From IMG/VR virus record IMGVR_UViG_3300027763_000054: a stretch of 64,000 bases of DNA, one strand, 5' to 3'. The stretch comes from an uncultured virus (IMG/VR IMGVR_UViG_3300027763_000054) (taxonomy: Duplodnaviria; Heunggongvirae; Uroviricota; Caudoviricetes). The position numbers were made by a program, and so were the translations under genes. Below are positions 39,699-49,404 of the stretch, in pieces (positions within the stretch are counted from its first letter, which is position 1; each line of letters opens with the position of its first letter). The notes under the pieces were generated by a model that saw nothing but the letters and a program-made list of their open reading frames with translations, had not been told where the DNA came from and did not search any database.

Positions 39699-40370
39699 AT
39701 GATAAAACTTAATACAATCTACAAATATGAAAAGCTAACCAGGATTGAAGGTCCTAGTCGGCTTTATGCCACACCAGATGGTTCCAAGGTTCCTAGTGTC
39801 ACTACCATCTTAAGTGCCACAGCAGACAAGACATTCTTAAATGAATGGAAGAAGCGTGTAGGCGAAGCAGAAGCTCAACGCATTAGCACAGAGAGTGCAG
39901 GACTTGGTACTCTAGTTCACAAGCACATTGAGAACTTTATTGAAGGCATTGAACGTCCGCCGGGTAGTACACCTATTCATGTCATGGCCAGGGCTATGAG
40001 TGACCAAGTCATTGAAAAAGGCTTGTCGGGTGTTGACGAAGTGTGGGGTATGGAAGCAAGTCTTTACTATCCTGGTCTATATGCTGGTACTACAGACTTG
40101 TGCGGTGTGTACAAAGGTGTTCCTAGTATTATGGATCACAAGACAGCTAAGAAAATGAAAAAGCCTGAGTGGATGCAGGATTACTTTATTCAAACAACAG
40201 CATACGCATTGGCACATAATGAAGTTCATGGAACTGATATTCAACAAGGTGTATTGTTTATGGTTGATAGAGAGAATCAGTATCAAACATTTATCATCGA
40301 AGGTGCAGAGTTCAAACACTACAGTGATCTTTGGTTGCAACGAGTAGAACAGTATTACAAATTAAACTAA
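39699..40370 (+). CDS. PD-(D/E)xK exonuclease
   Basis: PSVTTIL, GTLVH, E.SLY...YAGTTD...IMDHKT, QTTAYA; TTGACT-18-TATAAT promoter upstream. Confidence 0.85.
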   Translation: MIKLNTIYKYEKLTRIEGPSRLYATPDGSKVPSVTTILSATADKTFLNEWKKRVGEAEAQRISTESAGLGTLVHKHIENFIEGIERPPGSTPIHVMARAMSDQVIEKGLSGVDEVWGMEASLYYPGLYAGTTDLCGVYKGVPSIMDHKTAKKMKKPEWMQDYFIQTTAYALAHNEVHGTDIQQGVLFMVDRENQYQTFIIEGAEFKHYSDLWLQRVEQYYKLN

Positions 40371-40378
40371 GTAATCTA

Positions 40379-40831
40379 GTGGAAAACAGAACTTTTGAAC
40401 ATTGGTATCAAGACAACCAAGGCAAACTCCTATCCTGGCGAGAATGGCGAGAACAACTAGCTAAAATGTCCAGTGATGAATCTGCAGAAGAAGTTGCAAA
40501 ATGGTGGGCACTAGTCCCTATGATCAACAAAGGTGTTGATCCTTGGCGACAAGAAACTTGGCCTACTCCCTGGGACCTGGTATGTCAAGGACAATTTTGT
40601 CCTAGTGGACAAGGCCTAGGAATGTTTTACAGCCTATCGCTCGTTGGCAAAGAATGTGAGCTCATTCTAGCTATTGTTAACGAAGAAAAAAAGCCACGTC
40701 TTATGGTATTACTTCCTAATAATAAATTGTTAAATTATTATTACAGTGAAGTTGGAAATATCAATGAGGCCAATATACAGGTATTGCAACGGTGGTCAGC
40801 AAAAGATTTGCCAGATTTAATTAAAGTATAA
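40379..40831 (+). CDS. Hypothetical protein (weak transglutaminase-like WPTPW...C motif)
   Basis: In-frame GTG exactly 5 nt after TAAGTA; WPTPWDLVCQGQFC. Confidence 0.55.
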   Translation: MENRTFEHWYQDNQGKLLSWREWREQLAKMSSDESAEEVAKWWALVPMINKGVDPWRQETWPTPWDLVCQGQFCPSGQGLGMFYSLSLVGKECELILAIVNEEKKPRLMVLLPNNKLLNYYYSEVGNINEANIQVLQRWSAKDLPDLIKV

Positions 40832-40909
40832 AGATATTGCGTCATGGTCTCAGGTTAAGTATATGATCTTAATTGGGATTGTGCCACAATGCAACTGTTA
40901 ATGGAAACT

Positions 40910-43240
40910 ATGAATAAAAATACGATTAATGTTATTAAACGAAGCGGAAAACGCGAACTGCTAGAAGTAGAAAAATGGCAAGCCCAGATTACAAAAATAT
41001 GCCAAGGTATTGCTGACGTAAGTCAGAGTATGATTGAGATTAAAGCACAGCCTCAATTTTATGATGGTATTAGTACTCGTGAAATTGATGAGATTACACT
41101 ACGTGCTATTGTAAATTTGATTGACGTAGAAGCCAATCCAGACATTGGTCATATTAACTATCAATACGTAGCTGGCAAGCATCGCCTAAGCATGCTTCGT
41201 AAGGATGTATTTGGCAGTTATGGGCCTCCTCGCCTTTATGACATTGTCAAGAAGAATGTTGCTGTGGGCCTATACACTAGCGACCTCTTAGAGTGGTACA
41301 CAGAAGCTGACTGGGATAAGATGGATGAGATTATTGACCACGGCAAAGATGAGGAATACAGTTATGCGGCCATTGAACAGTTAATTGAAAAATATCTTGT
41401 TCGTAATCGTGCCACTAAGGAAATTTATGAAACTCCACAAATCAGATATATGGTTGCTGCCGCTACAGTCTTTCATAAGGAAGAACCTAATTCAGCGAGG
41501 ATGCGATATATTAAAGAATACTACAACGCCGCATCTGATGGCTTATTCACTCTTGCTACTCCTGTATTGGCTGGTCTGGGCACTCCTACTAAACAGTTCT
41601 CTAGTTGCGTCCTTATCCGTAGTGATGATGATCTCGATAGCATTTTTGCCTCCGGAGAAATGATGGCCAAGTATGCCAGCAAACGTGCTGGTATTGGCTT
41701 AGAAATTGGTCGACTACGTCCATTGGGCAGTCCCATACGCGGTGGTGAAATTATGCACACAGGCATGATTCCTTTTTTAAAGAAATGGTTTGGTGACCTA
41801 CGTAGTTGCAGTCAAGGAGGTATTCGTAATGCAAGTGCTACTATTTTTTATCCTATTTGGCATCATCAGTTTGATGATCTTATTGTCCTTAAGAACAACC
41901 AAGGAACAGAAGAAACCCGAGTCCGTCATATGGATTATGGGGTTGTGCTTAGTACTTTCTTCTGGAGAAGATTTAAAAACAAAGAAAACATAACGTTCTT
42001 TGATCCTAACGAAGTGCCAGACTTGTATCAGGCTTTTTATTCAAACACAGCTTTGTTTGAAGAATTATATGTCAAGTACGAAAAGACTCCTGGACTGCGT
42101 AAGAAAAGTATGAACGCAGAAGATGTCTTTAAAGGGGGCATCTTAAAAGAGCGAACAGATACAGGACGTATCTATATGGTATTCATTGATAACGTGATGA
42201 ATCAAGGTCCATTCGACCCCGAGTACCATACAATTTACCAGAGTAACTTATGCTGTGAAATTCTATTACCTACTAAATCTTTTAGGCGTCTGGATGATGC
42301 TGATGGGCGTATTGCACTTTGTACGCTCGGTTCAATCAACTGGGGAGCCTTCCGTAACCCAGAAGATATGCGACGTGCTTGCCGTATTTTGCATCGCAGT
42401 CTTAATAACATTCTTGATTATCAGGACTTTTTGTCCATCCAGTCAAAACTGTCAAATGATGAGATACGCCCATTGGGAATTGGTATCACTAACCTTGCCT
42501 ATTGGCACGCCAAGCGTGGCTTGAAGTATGGTGAGAAAGACGCACTACAAGATGTTAAATCGTGGATGGAACATCAGGCCTACTACCTCACCGAGGCCAC
42601 AGTTGAACTAGCACAAGAACGTGGTCGTTGTGTAGACAGCGACAAAACATTGTATGGTCAAGGTGTATTTCCTTGGGAACGCAGAGCCAAAGGTGTTAAT
42701 GAATTAGCAAACTTTGAACCGGAACTAAATTGGGAAGGCCTACGTGCATTGATGCGTAGTTATGGTGTTCGTAATGCCACACAAATGGCAATTGCTCCTG
42801 TAGAATCTAGCTCAGTTGTTATTAACTCAACAAATGGTATCGAAATGCCAATGAGCTTGATTAGTACTAAAGAGTCCAAAGCAGGTAGTTTTACACAAGT
42901 TGTCCCAGAATACCACAAATTGAAAAACAAGTATCAATTAATGTGGGAACAAAAAGATTGTGATGGGTATTTAAAAACTGCCGCTGTTCTCGCCGCCTAT
43001 GTAGATCAGAGTATTAGTACTAACACATTCTACAATCCAGCACATTTCCTAGAGCGTAAAGTTCCTGTTACATTAATTGCCAAAAACTTGATGCAAGCAC
43101 ATTATTGGGGACTAAAGACATTCTACTATAGCTTGATTAACAAAGCAGGTAGTAAAAGCCAAGATGAAACTGTATTAGACTTGCCAAGCGGCTTTAATGA
43201 TATGGATGATGAGGAAGATTGTATTGCATGTAAGCTGTAA
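40910..43240 (+). CDS. nrdA: Ribonucleotide reductase class Ia alpha subunit
   Basis: ATP cone VIKRSG, ATPVL, QFSSC, QSNLCCEI, APVESSS, KTFYY, C-terminal CIAC. Start could be up to 21 nt further upstream. Confidence 0.97.
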   Translation: MNKNTINVIKRSGKRELLEVEKWQAQITKICQGIADVSQSMIEIKAQPQFYDGISTREIDEITLRAIVNLIDVEANPDIGHINYQYVAGKHRLSMLRKDVFGSYGPPRLYDIVKKNVAVGLYTSDLLEWYTEADWDKMDEIIDHGKDEEYSYAAIEQLIEKYLVRNRATKEIYETPQIRYMVAAATVFHKEEPNSARMRYIKEYYNAASDGLFTLATPVLAGLGTPTKQFSSCVLIRSDDDLDSIFASGEMMAKYASKRAGIGLEIGRLRPLGSPIRGGEIMHTGMIPFLKKWFGDLRSCSQGGIRNASATIFYPIWHHQFDDLIVLKNNQGTEETRVRHMDYGVVLSTFFWRRFKNKENITFFDPNEVPDLYQAFYSNTALFEELYVKYEKTPGLRKKSMNAEDVFKGGILKERTDTGRIYMVFIDNVMNQGPFDPEYHTIYQSNLCCEILLPTKSFRRLDDADGRIALCTLGSINWGAFRNPEDMRRACRILHRSLNNILDYQDFLSIQSKLSNDEIRPLGIGITNLAYWHAKRGLKYGEKDALQDVKSWMEHQAYYLTEATVELAQERGRCVDSDKTLYGQGVFPWERRAKGVNELANFEPELNWEGLRALMRSYGVRNATQMAIAPVESSSVVINSTNGIEMPMSLISTKESKAGSFTQVVPEYHKLKNKYQLMWEQKDCDGYLKTAAVLAAYVDQSISTNTFYNPAHFLERKVPVTLIAKNLMQAHYWGLKTFYYSLINKAGSKSQDETVLDLPSGFNDMDDEEDCIACKL

Positions 43241-43243
43241 ATT

Positions 43244-43381
43244 ATGAGTAACTATTCAACGATATGTAGCGTAAATGATAACCCTTCTAAAATTAGAGTA
43301 TGCTGTATAGTGTGCCAAAAAGAAACTAATAATATGGGATTATCTAGATTCCATAAACATAATAAGGAAAAAAATGAGTAA
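43244..43381 (+). pseudogene. 45-aa ORF, probable remnant C-terminal zinc finger of a homing endonuclease
   Basis: MSNYSTICSVNDNPSKIRVCCIVCQKETNNMGLSRFHKHNKEKNE between nrdA and nrdB. Confidence 0.5.
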
Positions 43382-44486
43382 ACAACAATATGATTTATCA
43401 AGGCAACCAGACTATCTAAATTGCAAAATGTTTTTAGATCCAGCTGGGCCGGTGGTCATCCAAAGATTTGAAGAGGTGAAATATAAAAAGATTGCAGACT
43501 TTGAAACAACGGCACGTGGCTTCTTTTGGGTACCAGAAGAAATTTCTCTAACCAAAGATGCCAACGACTTTAAAGATGCCAGTGATGCAGTTAAACACAT
43601 CTTTACCAGTAACTTGTTACGTCAAACAGCATTAGACAGTTTACAAGGTCGTGCACCTAGCCAAGTGTTCACACCTGTAGTATCCTTGCCTGAACTAGAG
43701 GCATTGATTTATAATTGGAGCTTCTTTGAAACAAATATTCATAGCCGTAGTTATAGCCACATTATTCGTAACATTTACAATGTGCCTAAAGACGTATTCA
43801 ACACCATCCACGATACAAAAGAAATTGTAGACATGGCATCAAGTGTTGGTCGCTACTATGATGACTTACATAGATTAAATTGTCTTAAAGAAATTTGTGA
43901 TCCTACAAAAGAAACAGTATTAGAACCAGTACACATTAAAGCAATCTACATGGCATTACACGCAAGTTATGCTTTAGAAGCATTCCGCTTTATGGTATCA
44001 TTTGCCACAAGTCTGGCAATGGTTGAAAACAAGATCTTTATTGGCAATGGCAACATTATTAGTTTAATTTTACAAGACGAATTGTTACACAAAGGCTGGA
44101 CAGCCTTCTTAATTAATCAAGTTATTAAAGAAGATAGTCGTTTTGCTGATATTAAATCAGAATGTGAAATAGAAGTATATCAGTTGTATATGGATGTTAT
44201 ACGCGAAGAAAAAGCATGGGCAGATTATTTGTTCAAGAAAGGTCCTGTAATCGGTCTGAATGCCAACATTCTTAAAGACTTTGTCGACTATACAGCAGTG
44301 GGCGCACTAAAAGAAATTGGTATTAAATATCAAAGTCCTGCTCCTAAAAGTACTCCTATCCCTTGGTTTAACAAGCACAGTGATACAAGTAAAAAACAAA
44401 CAGCATTACAAGAAAGTGAAAGTACCAATTATGTAATTGGTGTAATGAGCGATTCTTTAGACTACGACGAGCTTCCAAATCTATGA
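43374..44486 (+). CDS. nrdB: Ribonucleotide reductase class Ia beta subunit
   Basis: FFWVPEE, QTALDSLQ, ETNIHSRSY, LEAFRF, DELLH, QESESTNY. Confidence 0.97.
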   Translation: MSKQQYDLSRQPDYLNCKMFLDPAGPVVIQRFEEVKYKKIADFETTARGFFWVPEEISLTKDANDFKDASDAVKHIFTSNLLRQTALDSLQGRAPSQVFTPVVSLPELEALIYNWSFFETNIHSRSYSHIIRNIYNVPKDVFNTIHDTKEIVDMASSVGRYYDDLHRLNCLKEICDPTKETVLEPVHIKAIYMALHASYALEAFRFMVSFATSLAMVENKIFIGNGNIISLILQDELLHKGWTAFLINQVIKEDSRFADIKSECEIEVYQLYMDVIREEKAWADYLFKKGPVIGLNANILKDFVDYTAVGALKEIGIKYQSPAPKSTPIPWFNKHSDTSKKQTALQESESTNYVIGVMSDSLDYDELPNL

Positions 44487-44740
44487 ACATCAGTGAGCTG
44501 TATACAACTGAATGGTGTGCCGCTTGTAAATTATCAAAAGATAGATTGTTAGAAGCAGGCATAATAGACTTTGAAGTCATCAGCGTTGATGAAGAAGATA
44601 AGTTATATAAAGCATTCCGTGTTTGGGAAGAACGTCTAGGCCATAATCCAAACAGTATACCACAATTTTGGTACAGAGGTCAATACGTTGGTGGAAGTGC
44701 TCAGATTGAAAAATTTATAAAGGAATATCATGTTAATTAA
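44483..44740 (+). CDS. Glutaredoxin
   Basis: YTTEWCAACK (CxxC), IPQFW..GQYVGG. Confidence 0.85.
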   Translation: MNISELYTTEWCAACKLSKDRLLEAGIIDFEVISVDEEDKLYKAFRVWEERLGHNPNSIPQFWYRGQYVGGSAQIEKFIKEYHVN

Positions 44741-45044
44741 TGTTAGAAAAGAAGGCGATGTTGTTACTCTTAAATTGAGTTCTGGTGAAGAAATCATTGG
44801 CTCTTTTAAAGATGAAGATGCAAATTATTACATTGTTGACCGTCCAGTTAGCTTAACAGCAGGTCCACAAGGTCAGCCTGCTCTTGTACCATATTTAATG
44901 ACTGTTAATCCTGCAAGTGCTAGAGATTTGCGCTTTAACAAAGCCATGGTTGTTGTAGTTGCTACCACTGAAAAAGATCTAGCCAATCAATACACATCCG
45001 CACTAAGTGGAATCCAATTGGCTCCAGCAGGATTTAAACTATAA
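44730..45044 (+). CDS. Hypothetical small beta-barrel protein
   Basis: VTLKLSSGEEIIG motif, common in T4-like phages. Confidence 0.7.
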   Translation: MLINVRKEGDVVTLKLSSGEEIIGSFKDEDANYYIVDRPVSLTAGPQGQPALVPYLMTVNPASARDLRFNKAMVVVVATTEKDLANQYTSALSGIQLAPAGFKL

Positions 45045-45316
45045 TGCCGGCTGCCCACAGACTAGGTGATGCTGATGAAGCAGGTGCACCAATTGTAAAC
45101 ATTCAGCAAGGTACTGTGTTTATTAATAATATTTTGGCCAGCATTGATGGCAGTGATGTTGACGGCCACGGCACTGGAGAACACGCCGCCCCTGTAACAG
45201 ACAACGGTAGCCCTACTGTTTTTATTACAAATATACCAGCAAATAGACAAGGTGATGCAGATAGTTGTGGGCATCCTAGAGCTGACGGTAGTCCGGATGT
45301 TTTTATAGGCCCTTAA
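45044..45316 (+). CDS. PAAR spike-tip protein (gp5.4-like)
   Basis: MPAAHRLGD...GSPTVFI...PANRQGD..SCGH...GSPDVFIG. Confidence 0.9.
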   Translation: MPAAHRLGDADEAGAPIVNIQQGTVFINNILASIDGSDVDGHGTGEHAAPVTDNGSPTVFITNIPANRQGDADSCGHPRADGSPDVFIGP

Positions 45317-45320
45317 TACT

Positions 45321-45348
45321 AAATCTCCCATAAATACATGGGAGATTT
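45321..45348 (+). promoter_or_regulatory. RBS-sequestering hairpin overlapping late motif TAAATA
   Basis: AAATCTCCCAT / ATGGGAGATTT perfect 11-bp stem; TAAATA at 45331-45336. Confidence 0.75.
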
Positions 45349-45351
45349 TTT

Positions 45352-46074
45352 ATGTGTGTAGCAAAACCAACAGCTCGTGGAGCAAGACAAGTAACACCTA
45401 GTGGCATTGTTTATTATGACGATACGCCCGAAGGCCATGCCGCGGCCCAGGAAGATATGCAAAAATCGATGGGCGGAGGCAACGTTGGAGAAAATGGGCA
45501 GGCAGATACCGGAAATCCAACGCCAGCGCCAGCGCCACAACCAGACCCAAAAGATTGTTCAACATATACCGATGCAATGTGGGACACTGCATGTAGCAAG
45601 TATTTTAAATTTTCGCAAATGAAATACAAACCAGTTGAAAATCCTGAAGCTAAATTGACTGCCCAGCAAGTAGCTTGTAATTGGCAAAAGATTTGTAAAA
45701 ATGTTCTTGATCCGCTGGTGGATGCAGGCTTTAAAATAACCATTAGTTCAGGTTATAGAACGCCAGCCTTTGACAAATCACTTGGTGCAAAAAATAGTAT
45801 TGGTGATCATCCCTGTGGCCGAGCAGTTGACATACAAATTTTAGGACAAGGTGATCCGTCAGCCAAAGCAAAAGATTTGTTTAAGCATATTGGAAAAAAT
45901 ATGAATGGGTCGTTTAGTCAATTAATCTACGAAGGTCGTTGGGTTCATGTGGCACATGGTGGAAATAGTCCAGAAATTGTAGCAGTTTTGGTTGCAAGAA
46001 ACGGTACATCTCCATATGAAAAAGGTGGCGGAAGAAGTGGCTCAGCACTACCACCGGACCTAAAGTGGGCATAA
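45352..46074 (+). CDS. Peptidase M15A-family zinc peptidoglycan hydrolase
   Basis: ISSGYR, H..GRAVD, QLIYE..WVHV. Confidence 0.85.
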   Translation: MCVAKPTARGARQVTPSGIVYYDDTPEGHAAAQEDMQKSMGGGNVGENGQADTGNPTPAPAPQPDPKDCSTYTDAMWDTACSKYFKFSQMKYKPVENPEAKLTAQQVACNWQKICKNVLDPLVDAGFKITISSGYRTPAFDKSLGAKNSIGDHPCGRAVDIQILGQGDPSAKAKDLFKHIGKNMNGSFSQLIYEGRWVHVAHGGNSPEIVAVLVARNGTSPYEKGGGRSGSALPPDLKWA

Positions 46075-46081
46075 GTATAGT

Positions 46082-48031
46082 ATGGCAACAATTCCAGTAA
46101 TCCCAGGCGTACAAATTGCAACAGGCGGTATTCTTAATAAACCAATCAAGGACATTATCTGCGCCCTGTTGTTTGGTGGACTTAACAACATGCTCAAAGG
46201 TCCTTTGATATGCGTACAAGCAGATCTTGACAAACTAATTGGCGAATATACTGATCTTCCAACACTTGCAGATTTAAAAGCAGAACTCACAAGCCTTAAG
46301 GGTGACTTAAAGGCTTTTGAAGAATCAATGGGCATCAAAGACATGCTTAGTCGTGTTAATGGTGCCATTGCTGAGGTGCAAAATTTATTAGCATTAGACG
46401 GACTATGTAAGATTCCATTGAAGGCTCCCGCTATACCAGATGTTTTAAGTCAAGTCATTGATGCCGAGTTTGCTCAGGCCAACGCAATTTTAAATGATCT
46501 TGGCAGACTAGCAAAACCGCAGTTATGTTTAAATGGTAACGGTGGTCTTGGTACAGGTGCATACAATCCAAATAGTATATTAGGCAGTATTGATGGCCAC
46601 ATTAAGAAAATGGGAAAGATTCCCGACTCTGCAGCCACAAACCTAACCAACAGACTAAAGGGTGTAAGAACCGCATTAGACAAGTCAATAAACAGACAGT
46701 TGTTCCCCGACTTTAGACATAAGCACAATTTATTAACAGGTGCTCCTTATGCTGGTGAAGCCTCTGTTATTACACTGGCCGCGGCACCAGCGGTAGCTAA
46801 TCAATGGAACCCACCTTACCCGCCAAGCGGAACTTCTAATTTAAAAGATGCTACATCAATGGCACAGTCAATGGTGGGTTCAGTTAAACAAACAGCAAGT
46901 TATCCTGCAAACATAAACGGTATACAACATACAAACATCTGGCCAGGATTGTTAGGTCCTGAAATGTATGGTTTAGCTATTGCGGCATTGACCCCACAAG
47001 ATCCATTATTTGTTCAACAGGATCCTGTGTATGACTATTGCGGAAAATTGGTAGGATATACTTCTACTGTAATTTCAGGCGACCCCAATGCCGCAGGCGG
47101 TAATCCAGCCAGTGGCGCTGAGCCTAATCCTCCACAGACTAACTTTAACTTCATGTGGATCGATGATAGAAAATGCTGGACTGTTACGGGAATTCAAAGT
47201 GAACAAATTATTAATGGTAGGAAAGACACATATCTAGATGCCAATCCCAAGTTAACATTCCAACGTAGTTACAATCATATATTGGGTATCCCATCCTTGA
47301 ACTCTGTAGGCACTGACTTGGCACCTGAATTTTACATTTGCAAGGTTAAAGAAGATTTAACTCCAGATACGTCAAAGAAATTTAATCTTGGACTAAGTCG
47401 ACTAGAAACATATGAGTTATTAGAAGATGCCAATGGTCTTCCGGGAACTGCTGGTGACCAAAGAAAAATAGATTATCCAATGGGAACAACAATGTATTTT
47501 GCTGCCGGCCAAGCATTATACTCGGGAAAGACTCCACCTGATGCACCCAATCCAACTGTATGGTGGTACAACACAGCCACAACAGAAATTAAAAAATATG
47601 TACCACCTGATTTTTCAGATACATCCACTGGTGGTGGCTCAGGTGGTGGCTCAGGTGGTGGCTCAGGTGGTGGCAGCCGCGATGTGTGGTATTTTAACGG
47701 TACTGATTGCGTATTTGCCCCGGGTGGCTTTGTTCCAGGACCTGTTACAACATACCCGACCTTAGAAGAATGTAGCAATGCCAATGGTGGCGCTACTGGT
47801 GTAATCCCAACAACAGGTCCAGTTGATGACTCAACAAGTCAATATTCTATTACAACTGATGTAACTACCACTGATACAACATTGCCAACTGGAACGTGGG
47901 TTGCTGTTACAGATCAAGAGCAAATAGATAGTTGGGTTGGCTCAAGTACAACCTTTAATGCACCACATGTTAATTACCTGTGCTACACAAACGAAGACGG
48001 GTCAGTATTTGGCCTAATAGAATTTGTTTAA
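46082..48031 (+). CDS. Large hypothetical (probably baseplate/structural) protein
   Basis: 649 aa, TAAGTA 4 nt upstream, (GGGS)n linker. Confidence 0.7.
   Translation: MATIPVIPGVQIATGGILNKPIKDIICALLFGGLNNMLKGPLICVQADLDKLIGEYTDLPTLADLKAELTSLKGDLKAFEESMGIKDMLSRVNGAIAEVQNLLALDGLCKIPLKAPAIPDVLSQVIDAEFAQANAILNDLGRLAKPQLCLNGNGGLGTGAYNPNSILGSIDGHIKKMGKIPDSAATNLTNRLKGVRTALDKSINRQLFPDFRHKHNLLTGAPYAGEASVITLAAAPAVANQWNPPYPPSGTSNLKDATSMAQSMVGSVKQTASYPANINGIQHTNIWPGLLGPEMYGLAIAALTPQDPLFVQQDPVYDYCGKLVGYTSTVISGDPNAAGGNPASGAEPNPPQTNFNFMWIDDRKCWTVTGIQSEQIINGRKDTYLDANPKLTFQRSYNHILGIPSLNSVGTDLAPEFYICKVKEDLTPDTSKKFNLGLSRLETYELLEDANGLPGTAGDQRKIDYPMGTTMYFAAGQALYSGKTPPDAPNPTVWWYNTATTEIKKYVPPDFSDTSTGGGSGGGSGGGSGGGSRDVWYFNGTDCVFAPGGFVPGPVTTYPTLEECSNANGGATGVIPTTGPVDDSTSQYSITTDVTTTDTTLPTGTWVAVTDQEQIDSWVGSSTTFNAPHVNYLCYTNEDGSVFGLIEFV
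47630..47674 (+). repeat. 12-bp tandem repeat encoding a (GGGS)n linker
   Basis: GGTGGTGGCTCA x3 plus GGTGGTGGC. Confidence 0.9.
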
Positions 48032-48042
48032 TAAATATACCA

Positions 48043-49374
48043 ATGCGTATTAATGATATTATCGTAGAAGGCTTTGATCAACCTTATCCACTTAAATGGG
48101 AACAAAGTGATTATGGTGATGTTGATGCATTAGCACGATTACCTGATGGCTCTCCATTAAGTATTATGTTTAATCGTCAAACAGATGACAATAGTAATGA
48201 AGCTGTTCAAGTTGAATTTTATAGAAACAATAGCCAAGAAGTAACTGGCGAAGGTGACGCACAGAGAATATTTGCCACGGTATTGTCTGCTATTCAAGAA
48301 TACATTAAAAAATATCAACCACTACGATTAACTTTTTCAGCAAGTAAAGAAGTTGATCCTATAGTATACTATGAACCAGACGAACCGCAACCAAATCCCG
48401 AGAGTCGTGCCAAGTTATATGACAGACTAGTTCAGCGTTATGCTAGGACCTGGGGTTATAAAGCCTTCCGGGCTGACAATGGCAACTTAGTTATATACGA
48501 ATTGAGTAGAATGAAGCCGGCAGTAGCGGAAAACTTTGCCGACGGTAAAAAGCCAGGACGCAAAGGACTTGCCAAGCGTAGTGGTGTTAATTGTAAGGCC
48601 AGTGTAAGTACATTACGCAACGTAGCAAAACATAGCACAGGAGAAAAAGCTCGTATGGCACATTGGTGTGCTAATATGAAAAGCGGTCGAACCAACGAAG
48701 AAATATTAGAAGACGATTTAGAAGAAGGCTGGAAAGACTGGGTAGCTGGTGCCGCATTAGGTGCAGCCGCTTTAGCACCACAACACGCAGATGCTAAATC
48801 TGCTCCACAACCGAAGCCAGCAATAACTCAACAAGCGGCGCAACCAGATGTTGCTGGTATTACTAAAACTTTATTAAAGCCTGACGCAAAAGTACTAATA
48901 CAAACAGGCCGAGCCAGTGGTATGCGTGGTAAAGAACTAGCACAGTTTGTGGCGCAATGCGCTCACGAAACTGCTAACTTTAGTAGTTTAAAAGAAAAAG
49001 GCGGATCATTGGATTTTAAGAAATATGACCCTAAGCATAATCCACGCAAGGCAAAAATATTAGGCAATATTAAAGCCGGTGATGGTGCCAAGTATCATGG
49101 CCGCGGCTACATTCAGCTAACAGGTAGAGACAATTACAAGAGAGCAGGTAAGGCATTAGGCCTGCCACTTGAAGAACAACCCGAACTAGTTGAACGCCCA
49201 GAAATTGCCGCACAGGTGGCAGTGTGGTTTTGGCAGAATCAAGTGGCACCAAAAGTAAATAACTTTAATGATACGGCACAGGTTACTAAACCTATTAATA
49301 GTGGATTAAAAGGCCTAGATGATAGACAAAATAAGTTTGCTGGTATATTGGCATTGATGGCACAAAAATCTTGA
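48043..49374 (+). CDS. Multi-module protein with C-terminal GH19 lysozyme/chitinase domain
   Basis: FVAQCAHET...YHGRGYIQLTGRDNY...AVWFW; ATG 5 nt after TAAATA. Confidence 0.85.
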   Translation: MRINDIIVEGFDQPYPLKWEQSDYGDVDALARLPDGSPLSIMFNRQTDDNSNEAVQVEFYRNNSQEVTGEGDAQRIFATVLSAIQEYIKKYQPLRLTFSASKEVDPIVYYEPDEPQPNPESRAKLYDRLVQRYARTWGYKAFRADNGNLVIYELSRMKPAVAENFADGKKPGRKGLAKRSGVNCKASVSTLRNVAKHSTGEKARMAHWCANMKSGRTNEEILEDDLEEGWKDWVAGAALGAAALAPQHADAKSAPQPKPAITQQAAQPDVAGITKTLLKPDAKVLIQTGRASGMRGKELAQFVAQCAHETANFSSLKEKGGSLDFKKYDPKHNPRKAKILGNIKAGDGAKYHGRGYIQLTGRDNYKRAGKALGLPLEEQPELVERPEIAAQVAVWFWQNQVAPKVNNFNDTAQVTKPINSGLKGLDDRQNKFAGILALMAQKS

Positions 49375-49399
49375 CAACCAGATCAAATAAGTATATAAT
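49371..49399 (+). promoter_or_regulatory. Consensus sigma70 promoter for tmRNA
   Basis: TTGACA(49371)-17-TATAAT(49394). Confidence 0.85.
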
Positions 49400-49404
49400 G
49401 TAAG

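Noticed and set aside
39699..40370. Cas4 / CRISPR adaptation gene
   Set aside because: PD-(D/E)xK nuclease lacking the four-Cys Fe-S pattern, with no array nearby; an ordinary phage exonuclease.
40910..44486. Introns or inteins in nrdA/nrdB (also checked terL and helicase)
   Set aside because: The ORFs are continuous and of normal length, with no intein-like insertion visible.
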